Of a stretch of DNA of 64,000 nucleotides, positions 1-11,572 are shown one piece after another (within the stretch, counting starts at the first letter, position 1; each line of letters starts with the position of its first letter). The stretch lies in assembly GCA_963699965.1 (NCBI GenBank), contig CAVOVX010000007.1:544549-608548 (forward strand), in the 5' to 3' direction. The notes below the pieces were generated by a model. The model was not told where the DNA came from, ran no database searches, and was given only the letters and a program-made list of their open reading frames with translations. The stretch is from an uncultured Chloroflexia bacterium (lineage in GTDB: Bacteria; Chloroflexota; Limnocylindria; Limnocylindrales; CSP1-4). Made by a program: the position numbers and the translations under genes.

Positions 1-90
1 CCGGCTCCACGCGACGCCAGCCTCGACGAGCGTGTCGCGGGCAGGCCACGCTGGGGCGGCCCTGGCGGCAATGCGGCTAGAATCGCGCTG

Positions 91-1257
91 ATGGACGACC
101 CCGCCGGCCCATCAAGGCGGCCACGCCGACGCACCTCGAGCGTCGTCGCGGCGACCGCGATCGTGCTGGCCGGCATGGCCCTCGTCGGAGGCGGGCTGGC
201 GACCCGGGCCAAGCCGGCACCATCCGTCGTGCCTTCCCCATCGGTTGCCGCCCAGGCAACGCCGCTGCCGACTCCGGCCGTGACGACGGTCGGCTATCTC
301 GTCCCGCCGGCCGATCTTGCCGACCGGGCCGCGAAGGCGAGCAAGGGGGTCGAGCCGTGGGCGTCGGCGAAGGCGGACCTGTTGAAGGACGCCGACCGTG
401 CGATCCCGCCGGCGCCCCATCCGGCGGCGAGCCTCGACATCCCGGACACCGAGGGTCCGTTCGTCGATGACACGGCCACGGCCTATGGCCTCGCACTGGC
501 CTACTCGGTGACCGGCGACGTGCGTTACGCCGAGGCTGCCCGGGACTACATCATGGCCTGGGTCGGCACCACCAAGCGGCTGCTCAACGTGTGTCCCAAC
601 GACGGCGCCTGCCAGACGTCGCTGATCGTCGGCCGGGTCGCTCCCGGGTTCGTGTTCGCCGCCGACCTCATCCGTCCGGCTGGTGTCATGACCGCGGCCG
701 ATGAGGCGGCCTTCCGGGACTGGCTGCGTGACCTCATCCTGCCCGGCCTGTCCGAGCGGCCCAGCAACTGGGGCGACGCCGGCAACTTCTCGCGTGCGGT
801 GATCACCGACTACCTCGGCGACACGGTCGGCTTCGCCAAGGCGCTCGACGAGTGGAAGCAGCGGATCGACCTGATCCAGGCCGACGGGCACATTCCCGAG
901 GAGGTTCGCCGCGGCGACGACGGGATGTCCTACACGCAGGAGGCGCTCCAGTACAAGCTGGCAGTCGCCCGGCTGGCGGAGCTCCGCGGGGTCGACCTGT
1001 GGACCTACGTCGGCAAGGATGGCGGATCGCTGCGCGGCGCGATCGACATGCTCCGGAGCTACTGGTTCCAGCCCGAGACCTGGCCCTGGGATCCGCACGT
1101 CCGGGTCCCGTCGCCGAGCCCGATGTGGGAGATCGCCTACCAGCACTGGCAGGATCCAGCCTGGCCCGAGGTGTTCGCAGGCGATCGGCCGTTCGGGGAG
1201 TTCGGTCATGCGGCAATCCGCTGGACGACCCTGACCAACGGGATCCCGATCGAGTAG
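91..1257 (+). CDS. secreted/membrane-anchored polysaccharide-lyase-like protein (alginate lyase family-like)
   Basis: 388-aa intact ORF. N-terminal hydrophobic anchor (AIVLAGMALVGGGLA). Remainder resembles the alginate_lyase/heparinase II-III alpha/alpha-toroid family (…TATAYGLALAYSVTGDVRYAEAARDYIMAWV…NWGDAGNF…). Family assignment from memory. Confidence 0.45.
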   Translation: MDDPAGPSRRPRRRTSSVVAATAIVLAGMALVGGGLATRAKPAPSVVPSPSVAAQATPLPTPAVTTVGYLVPPADLADRAAKASKGVEPWASAKADLLKDADRAIPPAPHPAASLDIPDTEGPFVDDTATAYGLALAYSVTGDVRYAEAARDYIMAWVGTTKRLLNVCPNDGACQTSLIVGRVAPGFVFAADLIRPAGVMTAADEAAFRDWLRDLILPGLSERPSNWGDAGNFSRAVITDYLGDTVGFAKALDEWKQRIDLIQADGHIPEEVRRGDDGMSYTQEALQYKLAVARLAELRGVDLWTYVGKDGGSLRGAIDMLRSYWFQPETWPWDPHVRVPSPSPMWEIAYQHWQDPAWPEVFAGDRPFGEFGHAAIRWTTLTNGIPIE

Positions 1258-1267
1258 CCGGCGGCGC

Positions 1268-2162
1268 TCAGCGGCCGGTGCGCCACCTCAGCCGGGTCGG
1301 TGCGTCCCAGCCGGCCGGGATCGTTGCGGCGACCGGATCGACCGTCACGTGGACGATTCCGGACGGCACCCCGAGAGCCGAGAGCGAGCCGCGGCCCGGC
1401 GCCACGATGTCGATCACGAGGAGATAGTGGCCAGGTGTGCCCGGGGCCGTCATGGTCAGGTGGACCAGTCGATCCGATCCGGGCGGGACATCCATGGGCG
1501 AGCTCGAGCCGTTCGGAACCGGCTCGCCGGCGACGAGAGTGTCGAGCGCCAGCCAGCGAGCGACCACGATCGGCGAGTCAGAGCTCGGGGTCGAGGGCGC
1601 GACCGTCGGAGTCGACCGGCAGCGCCCACGGCTCCCTTCCGCTGTTGGCGACGCGGATCGACATCGGGAGCGAGGCGGAGGGTCGAACGGCTGCCGAGTC
1701 GACCATGCTGTAGCTCGCCCAGACCGGTCCGGTCACCTGGACCAGCAGGGCTGGGATCCGTGCCTGGGTCGCGGCGTCGACGGCAACCCCGTCACGATCG
1801 TGGAGCGTCGTGACCAGCCGGTACAGTCCCGGCCGATCGGGCAGCTGAGCTTCGACGGCCAGCCGACCCTCGACGACCTCCGTCGGCCCGGTCGTGACGA
1901 CCGTGCCCAGCGTCTCGGGCGCGACGAGGTCGATTGCCGGCGGCGTCCCGGACACGAGCGCCGGGTCAACCGGGAGGCTGCTCGAAGGGAGCGGCCCGCT
2001 GGCCTGGATGAGGTCCCAGCGCAGCCCGACCGTGACGTGATCGGGAAGGAGATCGAGCGTGGTTCGCACGAGCGGCAGCGAGACCGTCGACCGACCGCCG
2101 GCGATTGGCGCCCGGGCCAGGTCCGGCACGCCGAAGGCTGCCGTCCGGGGGATGACGGTCAC
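1268..2162 (-). CDS. hypothetical protein, apparently frameshifted near 1570
   Basis: Two adjacent minus-strand ORFs (1578-2162 and 1268-1567) with protein-like composition that reads on across a frame break. No recognisable motifs. Confidence 0.35.
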
Positions 2163-2271
2163 GGCCGACCCAGCGGACGTGCCGCCCGGCGACAGCGATC
2201 GATGGCTCGCAGCGGCGAGGACGCCGGACGATCGGACGCCTGGTCGCGCGGCAAGCGACCGGTTGTAGCCG

Positions 2272-3078
2272 TCACCGATCGTGGTCCGGATCGAGCATCA
2301 CCACCCGGCCCGGAGCCCGAGCGCTGTCGACCTGTACGACGTGGTCGTGGAACGTCGGTGCCGACGTCCAGATCCTTTCGATGCTCGCATCGGAGCGGAA
2401 GATGGCATCCACGTAATAGGCCGGACCCGAGTGGGCCTCGGCGATGACCGCGGCGGCCCCGGCAGCTAGCCATCCAGCTGCGTAGTTGTCGGCTCGCTGG
2501 ATGGCAACCGAGAGGGTCGGCTCGGGACCGCCGGGCTCGGGGTTCCCGCTCGCGTAGCAAAGGTGGCTGAGCACCACGACCGCCCCCGGAGCGAGGTGGA
2601 CAAGCTTCGCCAGGTAGCTCTCACCGAAGTACTGATGAGCGTCGTCCCCGCGGCCGGCGATCGGGTTCAACCCGAGACCGTTCTGCGTCGGCGGATATGG
2701 CTGATCCCGGTACGGCGACGGCCAGCCGTTGCCGTGGCCGAGGTAGACCACCAACGACGCGCCCTGGAGGGCCCGGCGCACCCGAGGCCAGGTCGCGTTC
2801 GGCGAGTAGACCGTGACGACCTCGTTCGCGTGCCGGCGCGCGACGCTCGCGGCCTCGTCGGCCAGGCTCCGGTAGTAGTCGGTCAGCGAGCCGACCGGGC
2901 CGACGACGATCGCGACCTTGGCGTTCGTGCGCGAAGCCCCCCGGACGGCGGCGCCTCCGGCTCCAGGCACCACGGCCAGCGCGATGATCGTCGCCACGAG
3001 GATCGCTGCGACCATCGTCGTGCCATGCCCGCGGATGCGAACCTTCGATCTGTCGGTCGCGGTCATCGGCCGATCCAC
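2272..3078 (-). CDS. secreted hypothetical protein, possible caspase-like (clan CD) His/Cys fold
   Basis: 268-aa ORF. N-terminal TM/signal (MVAAILVATIIALAVVPGAGGAA). 'VVYLGHGNG' and 'VVVLSHLCYASG' lie about 50 aa apart, resembling the caspase HG…C dyad. Overlaps the subtilase stop by 16 nt. Confidence 0.4.
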   Translation of the reverse strand: MDRPMTATDRSKVRIRGHGTTMVAAILVATIIALAVVPGAGGAAVRGASRTNAKVAIVVGPVGSLTDYYRSLADEAASVARRHANEVVTVYSPNATWPRVRRALQGASLVVYLGHGNGWPSPYRDQPYPPTQNGLGLNPIAGRGDDAHQYFGESYLAKLVHLAPGAVVVLSHLCYASGNPEPGGPEPTLSVAIQRADNYAAGWLAAGAAAVIAEAHSGPAYYVDAIFRSDASIERIWTSAPTFHDHVVQVDSARAPGRVVMLDPDHDR

Positions 3079-5773
3079 GATCCACGACTCGAGACGAACC
3101 GGTCGACGAGGATCGCTCCGCGCATCCCGGAGGCCAGGCCGGCCGACGGCCCCAGTCGGACCGACTCGATCCGGTATGCGTGGGTGTCAAGCCCGCCCCG
3201 GCTCGTGGCGGCGAGGCCGTCGATCCACAGCCGAAGACGGCTCGACCTCGCCGCCGACCAGCCGATCTCGATGGCGTGGGCGCCGCTAGCGATCCGCACC
3301 CAGCGGGTGAAGGACGTCCCGCCGCTGCGTCGCGCTCCCGCTCGGATCCAGCAGCCGCTCGTCGTCCGGCGGTATTCGAGCGAGAGGACGGTTGTGCCCC
3401 GTCCGTCACGACCGGCGAACAGGACGAATTGCGCGTCCGGCCGTCGACGTCTTGCGCGGGTCGAGGGTGAACCGCGCGTGGTAGACCCGTTCCGCATGCG
3501 GGCTGGTGTCCGTGACGTAGGCGGGGGACGACCCGAGGATCGTGGCCGTGAGACCGAACTGCCCGGCGGTGGCGGCCGTCGGGACCACCCGGAGCCGGGC
3601 GGTCCCGGTCGCCGAGCTCCACCTCGAGAGATCCGCCGTCTCGAATCCTTCGGCGAACAGGCCATCGGTGGGCGTCACCTCAATCGCCGCCGAGCGCGGG
3701 CTGCCCCAGTTTCCCGCCGCGTCGCGCGCGCGGACACTCACGATCCGTTCGCCGAACGTTGGGCCGGCAGGGATGACCGCGCCGACATTCTCCGTCGACC
3801 CGTCGAAGGCGCCGTCGCTCGGAACCATCGCGTCGCCCGAGCCCTCGCCCGGATCCGGTCCGCTGAACCACTCGGCGGCGCCGATTGGAGCGCCGCCGGT
3901 GTCGGCGGCGGTCGCCTCGAGGCTGATCGACGTCGTGCCCTGCGACGGATCCGGCAGGCCGTGGATTGCCCCGATCGCCGGGCCCGTCCGGTCGACGATC
4001 AGCACGCTGGACGACAGGGACCCCCAATTGCCGGCCGCGTCGTGCCCGCGGACCAGGATCTCGTGGGTGCCTTCCGAGAGCGCCGCCTGGTCGGCCGCGG
4101 TCAGGCTGACATTGGCCGTGCCGAACACCGCGCCGGATCCAAGCGACATCGGCCTGCCGCTCCCCGGCGGTCCGACCGCGTCGATCCAGAGTTCGGCCCC
4201 GTCGACAACCGTCCCGCCCGTCATTCGATCGTCGACCACGGCACTGACCAGGACGTCCGCGAGGCCGTTCGACGGGTTCGGAGCGACGGTCGGCTGATCG
4301 ACGACGGGACCCACCTGGTCGCCTTTCTGGGTTGGACTGGCCGTCGGCGTGGGCGTCGGGGTGGGTGACGCGAGGAGCCGGTCGTAGGCAGCCAGGACGT
4401 CGATCCGACCCGCGCCGAACGTGTCGTCCGGCCCGCCGGGTCCGAGGTCGGTGGCCGAGCCGACGAGCGCCGCCTCGAGCTCATCCACGGTCGCCGCCGG
4501 CAGCGCGCCCCGGAGCAGGGCGATCGCTCCCGTCACGTGCGGAGCCGCATACGAGGTACCCGAGCCGCTGCCGTACAACCCGAATCGGTCGCTCGTCCTG
4601 ATGTCGACCCCCGGTGCCACGACCGTCGGAAACGTCGCTGGGATCGCTCGACCACAGTCACTTGGGCCGCGACTCGAGAACCCAGCGATCGCGTCGCTGC
4701 CGTCCACGGCTCCAACCGCGAATGCGCTCGGGTTGTTGGCCGGGCTGGCCGACGTGGACCCGCCCGGCCCGAAGTTCCCGGCGGCGAAGACCGGCACGAT
4801 CCCGGCCTCGACGAGGGCGGCGAGATCCGGTTCGAACGAAAGGTCGCACGAGGGGGCACCGATCGCCCAGGAGGCGTTGACGACATCCGGGGCATCGTCG
4901 GTGAGCGGGTTCGCGTCCGGGTCGAGCACCCACTGGAAGGCCTGGTGGATCCCACTCGACGACGCGACGCCGCTGTCGTTGAAGATCTTCGCCGCGATCC
5001 AGTGGGCGGCGGGCGCCACCCCGATCGAAGTGCCGCCGGTCGACCCGCCGACCGAGATGCCGAGCGTCTGCGTCCCGTGACCATTGAGATCGGCGGGCGT
5101 CGTGGGATGTTGACCGGATGGATCGAACCAGCTGTTTGATCCCCCTCGCCAGGCGGCTGCGAGATCCGGGTTCGCCAGGTCGACGCCGGTATCCAGGCTG
5201 GCGACCAGCGCGCCGCCACCCCGCTCGCCGATCGCCCACAGCTGGGGCGCGCCGATCTGGACGAGGTTCGCCTCGATCGGTGGGGAGGCCGCCAGATATG
5301 ACCTCGGGCTCGGGAGCGGCGATCGACGAGTCGACCGAGATCCAGCGGACCTCGGGTCGAGCGGCGAGCTCGCGGATGACGCGCGGCGTGGCGGTCACGG
5401 CAACCGCGTTCACGATCCACAGCGGCGTGACGGACCGAACGTCGGTCGAAGCGTGCCGCCCGAGCGCCAGGCGGACGCCGGCTTGACCGACGTCGGCCGT
5501 CCGTTTCAGCGCTCCGACCAGCGCCCGGCGGCGGGCCCGCCGATCCGCACTCCGAATGGCCCGCGGATCGACTTGGTCGCGAAGCGTTGCGATGACCGGC
5601 AGGCGGTCGCCGGGAGCCAGGCCGGTGAGGCGCCCCTCAAGGACCGGGTCGATGGTGCCGGCCGGTGCGGCACCCGACGTTGCGGGTGGCGCGATCCCGG
5701 CGACCGGACTGGCGGTCGCGCCGAGGAGCACGACGAGCGCAAGCGCGACCGCCCCTCGGCGACCCGGGCTCAT
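3063..5773 (-). CDS. subtilisin-like serine protease (S8) with I9 propeptide, Ig-like domains and shared C-terminal cassette; 2 frameshifts
   Basis: Signal peptide plus inhibitor_I9-like propeptide (5773-~5300). D motif 'VASLDTGVD' and H motif 'NGHGTQT' found by translating the reverse strand 5300-5020. Ser motif 'GTSYAAPHVTG'. Ig-like domains with 'AAGNWG'. Conserved C-terminal domain ending 'SRGSWIGR*'. Frame breaks near 5300 and 3440. Confidence 0.75.
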
Positions 5774-5789
5774 CCGCGTCGACCAGAGC

Positions 5790-7741
5790 TCATCCCGGCC
5801 ATCCCTCGAGCGTCCCGACGGGGCTGGGTCCGCGGGCTGGCTCGGGGATGGCCGGGACGCGTGCCCGACGGTAGCCGGCGTACGCCAGGACGGCCGCGAG
5901 CAGGATCGTGCCCAGGAGGGCGGCGGCCGTGAGGATCGGCGAGAGCGGCTCGTCGGAGACGACGATGCGGCGCGGGGTGACCGGGACAGCGGAAGGAACC
6001 ACGGTCCACGGTGTCGTGAGCCTGGCCGGCGGCAGGCCGGGGCGGTCGATCGTCACCTTGACCGACCAGTCGCCCGGAGCGGTGATCGAGTCGCCGGCAA
6101 GCTCGTAGCGCCCGTTCCCGATCGGCCGGGCAACGAGCTCGGATACGTCGCCGGCCCCGTCCGGCGGGACGACGGCAACTCGGACCTCGCCGATCGGGGC
6201 CGGAGCCGGGCGCCGGGTGTCGTGGATCCCGATCGTGACGAAGTTGCGGCCAGGACGGTTCGGGCGCACGTTCGACGAGGACGAGGAGGTCGTCGGCCTG
6301 TCCCGAGGTGGTCGTCGGCCGCGCGGCGGCCGGGATCGGGTCGTACTCCGGTCCGCGGGCCGGCGGCGTCACTCCGAGCACGGCCACGACCGCGATCACC
6401 GCGACCGCAACGGTCATCTCGGCGGCGATCGAGCGGGCCGGACGGCGGGCGGACAGCCAGCCGGCGGCCCGGGCGGGCAGGCGACGCTCGATGGCGCCGC
6501 GCAGACCTGGATGGGTCGTCAGGGCGTTCCGCAGGCCGAGGATCGCCACGATCAGGACGAGCCCGAGCTTGACGATGAGGACCTGGCCGTACGGGCTCAG
6601 GAACAGCGCGTCAATCGAGGCGACGAGCTGACCGGTCGCGAACAGGCCCGTGACGACGATCGCGCCGAGGCTGGCCGCGGCGACGAACCCGAACCGTCGG
6701 ACGATCAGCAGGGCGACCGAGCGACCGCTCTGATCCACTCGGGCGAGCGGCAGAACCGTGAGCACGAGCGCCACCAGCCCGCCGACCCAGATCGCGGCCG
6801 CCAGCAGGTGCACCGTGCCGACCAGCAGACCGAGGGGAAAGGCGATCACCGACGCGAGGTGGGTCGCCTCGGCTTCCGATACCGCGAGCAATCCGACGAG
6901 CCCGAGTGACGCCACCGACTCGGCGGCCGACGGCCGTCGGATCGGGACTCGCGTCGTCCAGGCGGTGAGTCCCACGAGCGCCGCGACGATGACGATTCCC
7001 GCAATCAGGTCGACGGCGAACCCGGTCTGAAGCAGGCGGAGTGGTCCTGCGCCGGGTACGTCGACCTGCGAGGCCTGGACGACAATCCGAAGCGAGCCCG
7101 CGACGAGCGCTGCGCCACCGGCCGCCATCGCCAGTCGCGCAAGGCGCCGGCGGGCAGACGCCACGGCGCGGAGCGACCCGCTCACGTCCGACCAGGCAAA
7201 CGTCGGCAGGCCGACGTGGAGCAGCACGACGGCACCGATCAGGATCGACAAGCCAAGCAGGTCGGCCCAGCGCGCGACGACTTCGACCGCTCCGATCAGG
7301 GTGGGCCCCGCGCTCGCGACCGCGACGGCGGAGGACGCCGCAGTCCCAATCCCGAAGACGAGCGTGCCCGTCGACGGATGGAGGTCGTCGTTGGAGAGGA
7401 CCCTCCACGAGACGCGGTATGCGTCGGCCGGCAGGCTGGGGAGCTCGAGGACGATGACCGACGAGCTGCCCGGCTCGGCGATCGACCCTGACCGGGATCG
7501 GCTGACCTGATGAGGCGACCAGCTCCACGGTCGAGAGATCGGCGGCGACGGCCTGGGTGAAGACGAGCCGGATCCGCTCCGGCGCCTGGGTCAGAACCGA
7601 GCCATCCGCCGGGTCTGCGCCGAGAAGCAGGGCGTGGCCGAGGACCGGCGCCGCCGCGGGGCCAAGGAGCGCGATCAGCAGTGCGAAGGCGCTGACGACC
7701 CTCAGGCCGGTCCGCCGTCCCACCTCACTGGGCCACGACAT
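5790..7741 (-). CDS. copCD: copper resistance CopC-CopD fusion membrane protein (YcnJ-like) with C-terminal YtkA-like domain; 2 frameshifts
   Basis: CopC-like N-terminus (GHALLLGADPADGSVL…RIRLVFTQAV). Eight-TM-helix CopD region in ORF 5770-7251. C-terminal beta-domain plus TM in ORF 5790-6269. Segments are in three different frames. Confidence 0.65.
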
Positions 7742-8201
7742 GCGCGAGCTCCAGCTTGCCGAACACCACGGTGACCGACAGCCCTGGCTTGATCGCGCCT
7801 TGCGTATTCCGGTAGAGCATGAACCCGGTCCGACCGGCGGCGACGGCGTGCTTGGCCGTCATCAGCGCAGCCGAGCGAACCGTGACGCCGGTGCTCTCGA
7901 CCCGGAGGACGGGAACGTTCGCGACGTCCTGCATCATCGCCAGCGCACGATCGCTGTCGAGGACAAGGAAGCGCATCTCGACGAGGCCGCCGTCTGCGGT
8001 GACCGCGACGTGGGTGATCCGGATCCCCAGGCTGCCTCGATGGCCGGGCTCGTGGGGACGGCTCCGTCCGCCGCGGGCGCCGATGCGAGCCAGCGGACCG
8101 CGAAGAGAGAGGCGGCCGTCGTCGCGATGACGGCTACCGCGACGACGAGCCACCTTCTGGCCAGTGCCGGCGCTTTGGGCGCCGACACCGGGACGATCTG
8201 A
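7725..8201 (-). CDS. small membrane-anchored hypothetical protein (frameshift near 8010)
   Basis: ATG at 8201 then a TM helix (LVVAVAVIATTAASLFAV). C-terminal ~100-aa domain in a second frame. Overlaps copCD start by 17 nt. Good candidate for a copper-handling accessory protein, but no clear motif. Confidence 0.35.
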   Translation of the reverse strand, partial: SDRPGVGAQSAGTGQKVARRRGSRHRDDGRLSLRGPLARIGARGGRSRPHEPGHRGSLGIRITHVAVTADGGLVEMRFLVLDSDRALAMMQDVANVPVLRVESTGVTVRSAALMTAKHAVAAGRTGFMLYRNTQGAIKPGLSVTVVFGKLELAHVVAQ

Positions 8202-8237
8202 TCCATGCTTGAACCTCCCAGCCCTGAACGTGTCTGC

Positions 8238-10223
8238 CTAGGGTCCGATGCGCGAGCCCTTGGTCGAGACGAATTCGTCGAAGTACTCGGCCTGGCCGCT
8301 GCCGCTCGCGCTCGTCCCAAGGCGGACGTTCTCGAGCCGGAAGCGATGGGTATCGAGTCGGCGCAGCGTGCGCTTGACCTTGCCGTCGATCGACAGGGAG
8401 AACGTCGCCCGCTTGCCGGACTTCCAGGCGATCTCGATGGCGTGGGGGCCATCCGAAATTGCATACCAACCGGTCGAGGTGAGGCCGCCCGGTCGCCGGA
8501 CGAGGGCCCGGATCGCCCAGGCTCCGCCGCCAGCGCTCGTGCGTCGCGCTTCGATCCGGAAGAGCTGCGTGCCGCTGCCCGTCCGACCATCGAAGATGGT
8601 GTGGGCGCCGCGGATCGACCCATTCGGGTCGTACCAGAAGCGGGCCCGATAGCTCGCCTCCCGGCGTGGGCTCTTGTCGACGACGAAGCCGGCGCCCGCT
8701 GCCGGATCGACCCGGAGGCCGATCGTCGAGCCCTTCAGGGCAGCGGCGGGGTCGGCGAGGGCGCTGCCGCCGACCGCCGACCAGCCGGCCACGCCGGACT
8801 CGAAGTTCTGGACGAAGATCGTGTCGGCGGCCGGAAGGATGTTCTGCACGTCGATGGTCGTGTCCGCGCAAGCACCCCAGTTCCCGGCCGAATCGCGGCT
8901 GTGGACGCTGATCGTGTGGATACCTTGCTGGAGCGCGACGTCGATCGTTCCAGAGAGCCCGACGGTGACCGCCGCCGGCACGGTCAGGGTCATCGCCTGG
9001 CCCCCACCGTTGAGGCAGGCGGCATCGACGAACCATTCGGCTCCGACGACGTCGGATCCGCCGGTAGCGGTGTCGTCGCCGGTCGCGCCGATCGCGACGC
9101 CAAAGCTCTCAGGCGGCAGCGCGTCGCTGAGGGCCAGCCCGGTCGTGGCCGGCCCGTCGGTGTCACCGGCGAGGCCAGCTCCGACGTTGATCAACGCCAG
9201 CATGCCGCCGAAGGCGACGATCCCGCCGGTCGACGCACCCGCGTTGTCGGTGTGGCCCGCGGCGCTCTGGATCGCCAGCCGGGTGCCTGCGGCGCCCGCC
9301 GGGATCGTGGCGACCGCATCGAGGGTCGCCCCGGCCGGGATCGTCTCGGCGACGACCTCGTACGGGTAGGTGAAGGGGTGACCGTCGCCGGCGACGATGG
9401 TCTGGTGCATGCCGAGCACGCCGACGGACTGGTTCTCGAGCCCGGCGTTGACATAGCGGAGGAGGACCCGACTGCCTGCGGCCGCCGAGATCTCCGGGAT
9501 GTCAGGGTGCGCCTGGCCGTTGAACAGCCAGTACGTCGGGTGGTACTCGCGCATGTCGAAGCCCGCGGGCGCAGCGTGGAGGGCCGTGTCGATCTCGCTC
9601 ACCACGAGGAGCTCCTCGGTGCCGAAGTCGCTGGCCGCGTCGCCATAGCCGGAGGACGGGTCCGACGTCGGACGGACGACCATGGCGCCGTACAGCCCCA
9701 TCGCGACCTGCTTGGCGCCGTCGGCTGTCGGGCCGGCCTCGTATAGGAAGGTCCCCGGTGTCAGACCGGGCAGGTCATACGCCTTCGAACCACCGGCGGC
9801 GGCCCCGACCGTGTCGTCCGCGATCTCGTCGTGGCCCGGGAAGGCCAGCGACGACGCGTCAGCCAGGTCGTTGTGGAGGACGATGTGAAGGGTCTCACCG
9901 GAGTTCGCGACGAGCGTTGGACCGGGCAGCTGGGCGGAACCGCTCGGCGCCGCGCTCGTGCCGAGCGCGTACCCCCAGATGTCGACCGGGCCGGCGCCCG
10001 GCAGGCTGAGGGTGCCCGTCTCGGCCCACAGGTGGCAGGTCCGGGTGGACCCCGACAGGGTGCAGGTGGCAGCCGGGAGTGGACCGGCACCCGGGCCGCC
10101 CACCGCGGCCGCCGCACCGGCAACCGCTGGCCGAGAGCTGCCGAGCACGGGGCTCGCCAGGAGCGACCCGAGGATCGCGATGGTGGTCGCGGCCGAGGCG
10201 ACCGTCAGGCTTCGCGCACGCAT
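8238..10223 (-). CDS. secreted multicopper-oxidase-like (cupredoxin) protein lacking canonical Cu ligands, fused to Ig-like and shared C-terminal domain
   Basis: Start ATG at 10223 preceded by a GAAGGAGAGA RBS. Sec signal MRARSLTVASAATTIAILGSLLASPVLG. 'LPGPTLVANSGETLHIVLHN' and 'KQVAMGLYGAMVVRP' align to the CueO/CopA motif-1 and motif-2 regions, but HWHG is replaced by FPGHD and WYHSH by FLYEAG. C-terminal 330 aa are shared with the subtilase and the giant protein. Confidence 0.65.
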   Translation of the reverse strand: MRARSLTVASAATTIAILGSLLASPVLGSSRPAVAGAAAAVGGPGAGPLPAATCTLSGSTRTCHLWAETGTLSLPGAGPVDIWGYALGTSAAPSGSAQLPGPTLVANSGETLHIVLHNDLADASSLAFPGHDEIADDTVGAAAGGSKAYDLPGLTPGTFLYEAGPTADGAKQVAMGLYGAMVVRPTSDPSSGYGDAASDFGTEELLVVSEIDTALHAAPAGFDMREYHPTYWLFNGQAHPDIPEISAAAGSRVLLRYVNAGLENQSVGVLGMHQTIVAGDGHPFTYPYEVVAETIPAGATLDAVATIPAGAAGTRLAIQSAAGHTDNAGASTGGIVAFGGMLALINVGAGLAGDTDGPATTGLALSDALPPESFGVAIGATGDDTATGGSDVVGAEWFVDAACLNGGGQAMTLTVPAAVTVGLSGTIDVALQQGIHTISVHSRDSAGNWGACADTTIDVQNILPAADTIFVQNFESGVAGWSAVGGSALADPAAALKGSTIGLRVDPAAGAGFVVDKSPRREASYRARFWYDPNGSIRGAHTIFDGRTGSGTQLFRIEARRTSAGGGAWAIRALVRRPGGLTSTGWYAISDGPHAIEIAWKSGKRATFSLSIDGKVKRTLRRLDTHRFRLENVRLGTSASGSGQAEYFDEFVSTKGSRIGP

Positions 10224-10248
10224 GGCGTGTCTCTCCTTCGTCGTCACG

Positions 10249-11552
10249 TCAGCAACCGCCTGGTGGATCGATCCGGATGAGCGTGAGCATCCCGCCGAAG
10301 CCGGCGCCGTAGTTGGTCGCCTCGTTGAGGGCGTGGCTATGGGCGACGTGGTAGTACTCGCCGCACTCGTTGTACGAGGTGATACCCGTCGGGAGCTCGT
10401 CCTGGACGCCGAGGTACGGGCTCCCGCTGTACCAGGTCGCGTCGTCCTTGTAGGTGATGTTCTGGGGCTGCGGGATCGTGACCGGGATCGGGTTCGTCGT
10501 CGGGTTCCAGTCCTTCCGACGTCGGTGCCAACTTGAAGGTGGACGTCCCAGGTCTGCCCGGCCCCGACCAGGACCGTGAACTTCTCGTACGACAGGTCCT
10601 CGCCGGCATCGGCCTTCGAGCAAGCGGCCGTCGCGGGCGATGACGCGGCCGTGGTTGCCGTGCGGGTGGAACGGGTGGTTGAGCGATGCCGACGTTCAGG
10701 TAGCGGATCAGCGCCGGATCGGGATTGCCCGCGGCGTCGTACGGCTCGATGTGGACGAGCGCGCTGTACGGCTGGTTCGGCAGCCACGCCGCGTCCGTTT
10801 GGCGCGATCGTGTCCGGGAAGCTCCGCCCGTTGATCATCCAGTAGCGCGGGTGGTAGGTGGTGCCGTCGTACGCCTGCCCACGCTCGATCGCCTGGTGGA
10901 GGTCTGGATCGACCTCGGAGAAGCAGCATCGTGTACTCGGTGCTGGCCTTGAACTTCGGTCGCGACGCGTCATAGGCCTAGTCGGGGTTGCCATGTCGGC
11001 CGGACGACGAGCGCGCCGTAGAGGCCCATCTGCACCTGCTTGGCCGGATCGGTGCCGCTCTCGTAGATGTACGTCCCGGGCTCGGCGGCGGTGAACGTGT
11101 AGGTCACCGAGCCGCCGTCCGGCTGCGGCCGGCTGGACGAGCGAGGTGACCTCGCTGCCGCTCGAGCTGCGGCTCGGCCGGGGCGCCGTCCGCCTGGACT
11201 CCGGTCTGACCCGGGAAGACGATCGAGACGGGCTCGGCCAGGTGTTGTCAGGGTGACCGTGACGTCGTCGCCCTGGTTGACGCAGAGCGTCGGCCCGGGC
11301 AGCTGGAAGGCGGTCGAGCCCGAGTCGCTGTAGCTCCACATGAAGATCGTGTTGCCGTCAGGGATGCTGACGTAGCCCGACGTGGCGTGCAGCGTGAAGC
11401 TCGGCGTCGGGCTGGCATCCGACGTACAGCACGATCCCGGACGCCGGAGGGGCGGCCGCGGTCGCGGCTCCCGCCCCCGACATCGTCGACATCGCGAGCG
11501 TCGCGGCGGCAACGAGGCCCAGCCGGCGTCGCGTGGAGGTGAGTCGAGTCAT
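10249..11552 (-). pseudogene. Tat-signal multicopper-oxidase-like paralog with degenerate Cu motifs, multiple frameshifts
   Basis: Tat-like signal MTRLTSTRRRLGLVAAATLA. 'FQLPGPTLCVNQGDDVTVTL', 'GTYIYESGTDPAKQVQMGLYGALVVRP' (no His). C-terminal 'YYHVAHSHALNEATNYGAGFGGMLTLI'. Pieces are spread over at least 4 frames. Confidence 0.5.
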
Positions 11553-11572
11553 CGTCGCATCTCCTCGTGCCA

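Noticed and set aside
2563-4368. 601-aa plus-strand ORF
   Set aside because: It is antisense to the subtilase catalytic domain. The sequence is low-complexity and Arg/Gly/Asp-rich, and the real S8 motifs lie on the minus strand.
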